The position numbers and the translations under genes were made by a program. A DNA stretch of 64,000 nt from a bacterium (lineage in GTDB: Bacteria > RBG-13-61-14 > DATKZS01): positions 1,152,001-1,216,000 of the forward strand of contig CAXXFL010000001.1 of the NCBI GenBank assembly GCA_963674965.2. The letters are read 5' to 3'. Shown piece after piece: positions 56,878 to 64,000 of this stretch (within the stretch, counting starts at the first letter, position 1; each line of letters begins with the position of its first letter). Under the pieces are notes generated by a model, which saw only the letters and a program-made list of their open reading frames with translations, searched no databases and had not been told where the DNA came from.

Positions 56878-58035
56878 ATGTATATCACGAAAGTCGGTTT
56901 GAGGAATTGGCGCAATTTCAAAAATGTGGATGTGTCTTTTTCAAGCGCGACCACCTATATGATGGGTCCCAACGCCTCGGGGAAGTCCAATTTTCTTGAC
57001 GTTTTCAGATTTATACGAGACGTGGTGGACCCTAAGGGCGGGGGCCTTCAAAAGGCCGTCGAGTCAAGAGGAGGCATGAAGAAGCTTCGTTCCGTCTATG
57101 CAAGGCAAAAACCCACGATCGATATTGAAATCGAATTGAACGATTCTCTTGCTTTCAATGGAGATTCTCACCAATGGGTCTATCAGCTTTCCATTCAAAC
57201 GGAAAAAGGCGGGAAAAACAGGCCGGTGGTAAAGTCTGAGCGCGTAATAAAACAGGGGGTAACTATCGTTGATCGTCCGCAACCCGATGACGAATCCGAT
57301 CCGGAAAGGCTGACTCAGACTTTTATCGAGCAGATCAACATGAATAAAGATTTCCGGGAAGTCTCGGATTTTTTCGCGAGGGTAACTTATCTTCATCTTG
57401 TGCCTCAACTTTTAAAATTTGGCGACGGCATGGGAACCCAGCGGCTTAGCAACGATCCGTTCGGCCAGGGATTTTTGGAGCAAATATCCGAGACCAATCA
57501 AAAAACCAGAGACTCAAGACTTAAAAAGATCGAGCAAATTCTGAAAAACGTCATCCCCCATTTCGAGAGTTTGAGATTCGTCAAAGACGACGTGACGGGA
57601 GCGCCGCATATCGAGATGCGCTACGTCCACTGGCGGCCAAACGCCGGCTGGCAGAGGGAGGACCAGTTCTCCGACGGGACTTTGAGGCTTATCGGCATTA
57701 TATGGGTCCTATTGACTTCCAATAATCTGATCCTTCTCGAGGAACCCGAGTTGTCTCTCCATGCAAGGGTGGTTGAGCAGATACCGCAGTTGATCCATAA
57801 AACTCACAAGTCAAGGAAGACCGCGGGCGGACAGATTTTTATCAGTACTCACAGCGAATCGTTGCTGCAAAATAAAAGCATCGGAGGCGACTTCCTCTTA
57901 TTAGTCCCCCATAAAGACAAGGAGGGGACGGATATCAGAAATCCGTCAGACAATGATAATGCGGCCCTTGAAAGCGGCATGTCTGCCGCAGAGATTCTCT
58001 TGCCTCAAACTTCTGAATCTATCGGGTCCGTCTGA
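56878..58035 (+). CDS. ABC-type ATPase (AAA_21/AAA_15-like)
   Basis: NWRNF, GPNASGKSN (Walker A), FSDGTLR, LLEEPE.SLH (Walker B), ISTHS. Confidence 0.92.
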   Translation: MYITKVGLRNWRNFKNVDVSFSSATTYMMGPNASGKSNFLDVFRFIRDVVDPKGGGLQKAVESRGGMKKLRSVYARQKPTIDIEIELNDSLAFNGDSHQWVYQLSIQTEKGGKNRPVVKSERVIKQGVTIVDRPQPDDESDPERLTQTFIEQINMNKDFREVSDFFARVTYLHLVPQLLKFGDGMGTQRLSNDPFGQGFLEQISETNQKTRDSRLKKIEQILKNVIPHFESLRFVKDDVTGAPHIEMRYVHWRPNAGWQREDQFSDGTLRLIGIIWVLLTSNNLILLEEPELSLHARVVEQIPQLIHKTHKSRKTAGGQIFISTHSESLLQNKSIGGDFLLLVPHKDKEGTDIRNPSDNDNAALESGMSAAEILLPQTSESIGSV

Positions 58036-58037
58036 TA

Positions 58038-58655
58038 ATGGCCGAAGTCCACGCCTATTCATTCGTCGAGGATTGGCCCTCAGCCGAGGCAATAAAAAAA
58101 ATCGTTAAACATTGTAACGGGTCAAGAAGAAATCCGATCTCTTTAATTCAAGGCTTTCCGAAGGTAATGAACGGCAAATCGAACGTTAAGAAAAAAGCTC
58201 ACGATTTAATTGGAATGTCCCGTAATAGTCTCCACGTTATTTCCCTTGTAGACCTTGACGCCGATGATTGCGCGCCGGAATTGATTCAGGAATGGTTTGA
58301 AAGACCTCCCCAGGATTTGCCCGGCAGGCTGGTTTTCCGCGTTGCCGTTCACGAGGTCGAAAGCTGGATAATGGCCGACAGGATCGCGTTCTCCTCCTTT
58401 CTCGGAATCTCTCCGCAAAATATCGACCAAAATCCGGACGCCCTGACCAATCCTAAAAAGCGCTTGTTCTCGATACTTTGCAAAAAGGGCAAAAAGAAAT
58501 GGCATCGAGACATGCTGCCCCAGGGAAACGCTTCCATCGGACCTCTTTACAATGAAAAACTATGCGATTTCATTGTTTCTAAATGGGACCCTGAGCGAGC
58601 GGCTAAAAACTCTCCCAGCCTCTCGGGCGCCATCGAGGCCGTCAAAAAATTGTAG
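58038..58655 (+). CDS. DUF4276-like TOPRIM-type partner of the ATPase
   Basis: FVED..S, VDLD...C, AVHEVESWIMAD, NPK, NSPSL; starts 2 nt after the ATPase stop. Confidence 0.78.
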   Translation: MAEVHAYSFVEDWPSAEAIKKIVKHCNGSRRNPISLIQGFPKVMNGKSNVKKKAHDLIGMSRNSLHVISLVDLDADDCAPELIQEWFERPPQDLPGRLVFRVAVHEVESWIMADRIAFSSFLGISPQNIDQNPDALTNPKKRLFSILCKKGKKKWHRDMLPQGNASIGPLYNEKLCDFIVSKWDPERAAKNSPSLSGAIEAVKKL

Positions 58656-58762
58656 TGACGCGTCCGTCAATTTACGCCTTGCGGCCATGTTCCCTTGCTA
58701 TGATATTTCCACGCGCATGGTCGGTTATTTAACGCCCAAGCTTATTATTCTCCGGACTCGAA

Positions 58763-60082
58763 TCACTCAAGTTCCCCGTCCACTATCCAGTAAGGGCGGG
58801 AGTAGACGTGTCTTTTCGTGTTGATATTTTCCGACCAGGTGATCAGGAACGTATCCTCATTGGCGGCGACGGCCGAGTAATTGATGAACGGACGACCAGG
58901 AGCACTATGACCTCTCATGATAGTCTCGAAAACGATTAGCTCATCGGTGAGAGGCGCGCCTATCGAGTTGAACGCGCGAGCGTAAACGCCATTTATTTCA
59001 ACGGCTTGCTTCGGTTGATTTGGGAGCAGAATGAAATCTGAGTATAGTTTATTCCACGTGACAATAAAATTATTTTTACCGCTGATCGCGACGTCAGGGT
59101 TATAACAGCAAGTGTCATCGACGTTCACTTTGATAATCTCGCTTAAAGGATTCGCTTCTCCGTCATAAATTCGAAAGAAAGAACCTACGTAAAGGGTGCT
59201 CCAGACGATGACAAAATTACCATCGGGGCCGGCGGCCGCGGACACGTAATGGTCACTCCTGTAAGGATCACTTGGATCGGCCTCAAATGCATCGCCAACG
59301 GGATTTCCTGAAGAGTTGAAAAGTCTGGAAATTGCGATCGAATTTGGGAAATCATTTTGGCCCAGCGTGAGCCAGGTAATAATAAATTTATCGTCAGGCA
59401 GCATTGCGATATCCAAAGAATAATCGAAAAACTGTGCTATGTCGATCAACTGGGCATCTCCAAGAGGTATCCCTTTTGAATCGAAACGCTGAAGAAATAA
59501 ATATTTTGGGCACCAGCCCTGAATCCACCACGCAAGGATGATATTGTCGTTACTATCAAGCGCGATTTTTCTCATCAGCACGTCTCCGTAGTTGGCGCGC
59601 AGACGTACCGGCCTTTCCGGCGGCTTTTTATCGTGGTGATAGATTTACGCGTAAATCAGGCCGTCCTCCTCCCAGGCCGCGACGACGTTGCCGTTAAAGC
59701 TGGAGCCGAGGCAGATGGGGATGACGTCGTTGGTTCGAGTCGAGGGATTATAGGCGCCTCCCAGGGGCTCTCCATTCGGGCCCAGGTGCCTTATATAAGC
59801 CAACTCCTCGGGCTAGCTGCTTTCATGGGATTTCCATAATACGGTGAAATTCCCGTCGCCGTCGGAGGCGACCTGAGAATCGTAGGCCGCCGCCAGGCGG
59901 CTCTGGTCGTCTTTGTATTTACGACCCGCCCGGACGACTGACCCGGCCACGAGTTCTTCACCCGCGTCATGAGTGAAGCCGCCGCCCCCTTCCTCCAGCA
60001 GGTCGTTGCAACCCATGACGGCCAGGGCCAAAAGAAGGAAAAATACGGCCGGCGGTTTCTTGTAATGAATCGTCCTTTTCAT
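58763..60082 (-). pseudogene. Lipoprotein with beta-propeller-like repeats, interrupted by two in-frame stops
   Basis: Single frame from ATG 60082 (lipobox VMGC) to 58763 with TAG at 59813-59815 and TAA at 59645-59647; the repeats (G.F...W / R.F...G.P) continue across both stops. Confidence 0.8.
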
Positions 60083-60238
60083 CTTAGTGCCTCCTTAATT
60101 TGGACTTAGCCTTGAACTCCCGCGCAGTATACCAGTTCGGCACGATAATTGACAAATCCGGCCGCCGTCGTGGACAAGCTGAAGAAAAAGTGTATAATAA
60201 ACGGCGCGTGATCAGGGTCTTACCTTGAACAAGGTTGG

Positions 60239-62185
60239 TTGGGGTTGAAACATCTGTTATTAAAATATAGACGGATTGCGATTATTCTCGCCCACGCGTT
60301 CTTTTTCATGGCGGCCTACGTGCTTTCCTATATGCTTCGCTTCGACTTTTTTTTGCCCGAGGACCCGGCCCGCCTTCTGGCCATCTCTTTGCCCGTAGTA
60401 ATAATCGTAAAACTGGTCGTGTTCGAGATGTTCGCCCTTTACCAGGGCTGGTGGCGCTTCGTAAGCGTGAGCGACCTGTCCCAGATAATCAAGGCGAGTA
60501 TTTTATCCGCCATAACCATCACCTTTTTCGGTTTTCTTGCTTTTCACGGCCATGGTTTTCCACGGTCCATTCCTATTATCGACTTGGGGCTGACCATTAT
60601 CTTCGTGGGTGGCTCGAGGTTTCTGGTCAGGGCCTTCCGCGAGGGTCATCTTTTGACTTTATCTCGGGACACGGCGGGCTCCGCCCGCGTTCTCATCGTG
60701 GGCGCGGGCAACGCGGGCGAGTCCTTGGCCCGGGAAATCGGCAAGAACATGGAGCTTCATTACTCGATAGCGGGCTTCGTGGACGATAACTATTACAAGC
60801 AGCGCGTCCGTATACATGGCTATCCCGTACTTGGTAGAATCGACGATATAGCTCCCATCAGCGTGGACTACCAGGTGGACGAGATATTCATCGCCATTCC
60901 CTCGGCCACGGGCGAGCAGATGAAGCGTATCCTGGGCATCTGCGAGGAAACGGGCCTTAAGATCAAGACCATCCCGGGCATGGACGGTCTCATCGAGGGC
61001 AAGGTCAGCGTAAGCCAGCTCCGCGAGGTCGACATCGTGGACCTTTTAGGCCGGGACCCCGTCAACCTGGACGCCCAGGCCATACGCGATTATCTCAAGG
61101 ACAAGCGGGTCCTCGTAACTGGGGCCGCCGGCAGCATCGGCAGCGAGATATGCCGGCAGGTGCTTCACTTCGAGCCCGCCGAGCTTATCCTCCTGGACAA
61201 GTGGGAAAACGGCGTCTTCGAGATGGGAAGGGAGCTTAAAAAGTATCAGGGCGATAAAAGGATAAGCTACTTCGTGGCCGACGTAAAGGACCGCGACCGG
61301 ATCGAGAAAATCTTCAGGCGGGTAAGGCCCGACGTGGTTTTCCACGCCGCCGCCTACAAGCACGTTCCCCTTATGGAGGCTAACCCGGGAGAAGCGATAA
61401 AAAACAACGTTGGGGGAACGAAAACCCTGGCGGACGTCTGCGTCGAGCTGGGCTGTATCGACCGGTTCGTGATGATATCCACGGACAAGGCGGTCAACCC
61501 GACCAGCGTAATGGGGGCGAGCAAGCGCATCGCCGAGCGCTACGTGCAGAGGCTTTCCCGGCCCGAGGGCGTCAAATTCATCACCGTCCGTTTCGGCAAC
61601 GTCCTCGGCTCGGCGGGAAGCGTGATCCCCATCTTCAAGGAGCAGATTAAAAGAGGCGGTCCCGTCACCGTTACCCATCCCAACATGATGAGATATTTCA
61701 TGACCATACCCGAGGCGTCCCAACTCGTGCTTCAGGCCGGGTCCATGGGCAAGGGCGGGGAGATATTCGTCCTGGACATGGGAGAGCCGGTGAAAATCCT
61801 GGACTTGGCCAAGACCCTTATCAAGCTCTCCGGCTACAAGCCGGACCTGGATATACCCATCGAGTTCACCGGTATACGGCCGGGCGAGAAGCTTTTCGAG
61901 GAGCTTTGCCTGGATGAGGAGTTCGTCGAGAAGACCGAGCACGCCAAAGTGTTTATCCACGCGTCGGTGGCGCATTATCCCGAGGACTTCACGGAGAGCT
62001 TACTGGCGCTTATCAGGGACGCCGACTCCCTCGATCTTAAAACGATCAAGGAATCGATCGCCTATCTGGTTCCCGAATACTTAAGCCCCAAGGTCACGCC
62101 CCTTGGACATTTTTCCAAGGATTCCGACCTGTTAGGGCCAACCTGCAAGCTTCCGGAAAATCAGCCCAGAAAGACCAGGAAATAG
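60239..62185 (+). CDS. CapD/PglF-type nucleotide-sugar 4,6-dehydratase with N-terminal TM segments
   Basis: DLLGR, VTGAAGSIGSE, FHAAAYKHVP, ISTDKAVNP, VRFGNVLGS, RYFMTIPEA, RPGEKL. Confidence 0.95.
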   Translation: MGLKHLLLKYRRIAIILAHAFFFMAAYVLSYMLRFDFFLPEDPARLLAISLPVVIIVKLVVFEMFALYQGWWRFVSVSDLSQIIKASILSAITITFFGFLAFHGHGFPRSIPIIDLGLTIIFVGGSRFLVRAFREGHLLTLSRDTAGSARVLIVGAGNAGESLAREIGKNMELHYSIAGFVDDNYYKQRVRIHGYPVLGRIDDIAPISVDYQVDEIFIAIPSATGEQMKRILGICEETGLKIKTIPGMDGLIEGKVSVSQLREVDIVDLLGRDPVNLDAQAIRDYLKDKRVLVTGAAGSIGSEICRQVLHFEPAELILLDKWENGVFEMGRELKKYQGDKRISYFVADVKDRDRIEKIFRRVRPDVVFHAAAYKHVPLMEANPGEAIKNNVGGTKTLADVCVELGCIDRFVMISTDKAVNPTSVMGASKRIAERYVQRLSRPEGVKFITVRFGNVLGSAGSVIPIFKEQIKRGGPVTVTHPNMMRYFMTIPEASQLVLQAGSMGKGGEIFVLDMGEPVKILDLAKTLIKLSGYKPDLDIPIEFTGIRPGEKLFEELCLDEEFVEKTEHAKVFIHASVAHYPEDFTESLLALIRDADSLDLKTIKESIAYLVPEYLSPKVTPLGHFSKDSDLLGPTCKLPENQPRKTRK

Positions 62186-62255
62186 CCGACGCAAAAGCGC
62201 CGCGGCGTGGCGTTGGCGGCTTCCTTTCCCGAGTCAGGAGAAAAGCATCGAGATA

Positions 62256-62555
62256 TTATTGGCCGGAAACGCCCTTTTTCTTAAGGGCGTCCTGAAGGCC
62301 CCTGATTTGCTCGCGTTGGAGCCTTATGGTCCGGGTATACTCGTACCAGGCCACGGCCTCGAGCGCCACGGCCACGAAGAAACCAACGGAAAAGGCGGCC
62401 ATAAGAGCGACCCAGACGGGCAGATGGAGATCGAGCGGCGGGTACCAGATCAGCATGAAGGTTATCTTGTGGCCGATGGTATCGAGGTTGACGATTATTT
62501 CCGTAACTAAAAGCACGGCGGCCAGGGCGATTAGAATCCTTATTAAAAAGCGCAT
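62256..62555 (-). CDS. LapA-domain membrane protein
   Basis: Two TM segments plus a coiled C-terminus; position downstream of ihfB is typical. Confidence 0.7.
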   Translation of the reverse strand: MRFLIRILIALAAVLLVTEIIVNLDTIGHKITFMLIWYPPLDLHLPVWVALMAAFSVGFFVAVALEAVAWYEYTRTIRLQREQIRGLQDALKKKGVSGQ

Positions 62556-62564
62556 GAGAACTCC

Positions 62565-63068
62565 TCACTCCTTCTCGGTTAATTTCGCGAAAGCCTCGGA
62601 AAGCTTCGCCCTCGTGGCCTCGATATGCTCGGAGATAACGTGTACCTCGCCGAACAGGGGCATGAAGTTGGTGTCGCCCTTCCAGCGCGGGACCAAGTGG
62701 ACGTGAAGATGGCCGGGAACGCCCGCTCCCGCGACCTCCCCGAGATTAATGCCCACGTTATATCCATGAGGCTTCATGACCGAGTCGATGGCGTCCCTCA
62801 TTTTCCTTACCGCGTCAAAAAGGTCGAAAAGCTCGCCGTCCTCGAGGTCTCCCAACTCGGCCAGGTGCCGCTTCGGCATAACCAGGACATGGCCGCCGTT
62901 ATAGGGGTACTTGTTCATAAATACCACCGACAGCCCGGTCCGGCCGACGATCAGGTTTTTCTCGTCCTCGTCCGACTCGATGCGGGGGCAGAAAAGACAT
63001 CCGGATTCCTCGTCCCTGGACTCCTTCTCGATATATCGCATGCGCCATGGAGCCCAAAGGTTTTTCAA
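62565..63068 (-). CDS. HIT family hydrolase (Ap4A phosphorylase/hydrolase-like)
   Basis: TTG start at 63068; LWAPWRMRYI, CLFC, NKYPYNGGH, HLHVHLVPRW. Confidence 0.92.
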   Translation of the reverse strand: MKNLWAPWRMRYIEKESRDEESGCLFCPRIESDEDEKNLIVGRTGLSVVFMNKYPYNGGHVLVMPKRHLAELGDLEDGELFDLFDAVRKMRDAIDSVMKPHGYNVGINLGEVAGAGVPGHLHVHLVPRWKGDTNFMPLFGEVHVISEHIEATRAKLSEAFAKLTEKE

Positions 63069-63099
63069 ACGCCCCTCCCGTAATCGGCGGGAAAGGGCG

Positions 63100-63378
63100 T
63101 CAAGCGTCAACCCTTTCCTTGAGTTCCTTGCCCACCTTGAAGAAAGGAACGCGTTTGGCCTCGACGTCCACCTTGTCCCCCGTCCTGGGGTTCCGGCCCT
63201 CGCGGCTCCTTCTTTCCTTGACCTGGAAACTGCCGAAACCGCGGATTTCGATCCGATCACCGGTGGCAAGGGCCTCCGTCATCGAGTCGAATATCGTCTT
63301 GACGATAACCTCTGAGTCCTTCAGGCTAAGGTCCTTGACGCGCTCGGCAAGTTTCTCGATAAGTTCCCTTTTCGTCAT
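63100..63378 (-). CDS. ihfB: Integration host factor beta subunit
   Basis: [40 protein letters not shown]. Confidence 0.93.
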   Translation of the reverse strand: MTKRELIEKLAERVKDLSLKDSEVIVKTIFDSMTEALATGDRIEIRGFGSFQVKERRSREGRNPRTGDKVDVEAKRVPFFKVGKELKERVDA

Positions 63379-63425
63379 CGCGGCATCCTCCCGATCCCTT
63401 AATGTTTTGTGAACCCTTGCGTCCA

Positions 63426-64000
63426 TTAATTTACGTTAATTATGTACATCACTCGAAGGGGAGATTCAACGTCCCTTCGTACGGTATCAAGTCCCGGAAA
63501 AAGGCCCTGCATCAGCCCCTCCAGCAAACTGGACGGTTTTTTAGGCGGCCAAACCACGGCCGGCTCGCCCTCGATGCCTCCAAGCTCCCCGGCCTTGTTT
63601 ATGGCGTCCCACAGGTTTCCTATCTCGTCGACCAGTCCTATCTCCTTGGCGGTCTGGCCGGTGTATATCTTGCCCGTGGCCAGGACTTTGACGTCCTTGA
63701 TGGCCATGTCCCTTCCCTCGGCCACGGCCGACTCGAACTGGCCGTGCATCTCGTCCACCAGGGACTGGAGGTAGGCCTTTTCCTTGTCCGTCATGGCCCG
63801 GTAGGGACTTCCCGCGTCCTTGAACTCGCCGCTCTTAATGGACACGTTCTTTATCTTGATCCAATCGAGAAATCCCTCGAGGTTCGTTACCTCCATGATG
63901 ACGCCTATGCTGCCGGTGATGGTGCCCTGGTTGGCGTAGATCGAATGGGCGGGGCAGGAAACGTAGTAGCCCCCCGAGGCCGCCACCTGTCCCATGGAAA
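63426..64000 (-). CDS. sppA: Signal peptide peptidase SppA, C-terminal part
   Basis: AASGGYY, TGSIGV, KSGEFKD, GKIYTG..A..IGLVD..G. Confidence 0.93.
   Translation of the reverse strand, partial: SMGQVAASGGYYVSCPAHSIYANQGTITGSIGVIMEVTNLEGFLDWIKIKNVSIKSGEFKDAGSPYRAMTDKEKAYLQSLVDEMHGQFESAVAEGRDMAIKDVKVLATGKIYTGQTAKEIGLVDEIGNLWDAINKAGELGGIEGEPAVVWPPKKPSSLLEGLMQGLFPGLDTVRRDVESPLRVMYIINVN

Noticed and set aside
25850-59815. Three in-frame TAA/TAG stops as evidence of stop-codon reassignment
   Set aside because: TAA and TAG end many intact conserved genes here (e.g. fucI TAA, lpxB TAG), and long ORFs are otherwise uninterrupted.
63069-63269. N-terminal extension of the HIT ORF in the ORF track
   Set aside because: It overlaps ihfB; family similarity starts at the TTG at 63068, which has its own GGAGG RBS.

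Overview
64 kb of GC-rich bacterial chromosome, probably a Deltaproteobacteria/Desulfobacterota-like lineage (inferred from the sppA-ihfB-HIT-lapA gene order, lpxB and a sigma54-type promoter). About 40 CDS are present: metabolic enzymes, envelope genes, a two-permease RND system, GT-C glycosyltransferases and a 2985-aa repetitive surface protein. The standout feature is an apparently complete IS110 element (~21199-22517) bounded by two AGGAG copies and inserted in the Shine-Dalgarno sequence of a nitronate monooxygenase gene. Its left non-coding end folds into a two-loop bridge-RNA-like structure whose guide segments match both the reconstructed target (AAAGGAG) and donor (ATAGGAG), and its circle junction would build a -35/17 bp/-10 promoter. 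Other notable items are a 94-nt group IIC intron remnant directly behind a terminator, a REPIN-like nested palindrome, an ABC-ATPase + DUF4276-like candidate defence pair, an atypical Hsp70, and two genes broken by in-frame stops. I found no rRNA, tRNA or CRISPR array. All calls were made by eye from motifs; no searches or folding programs were run.
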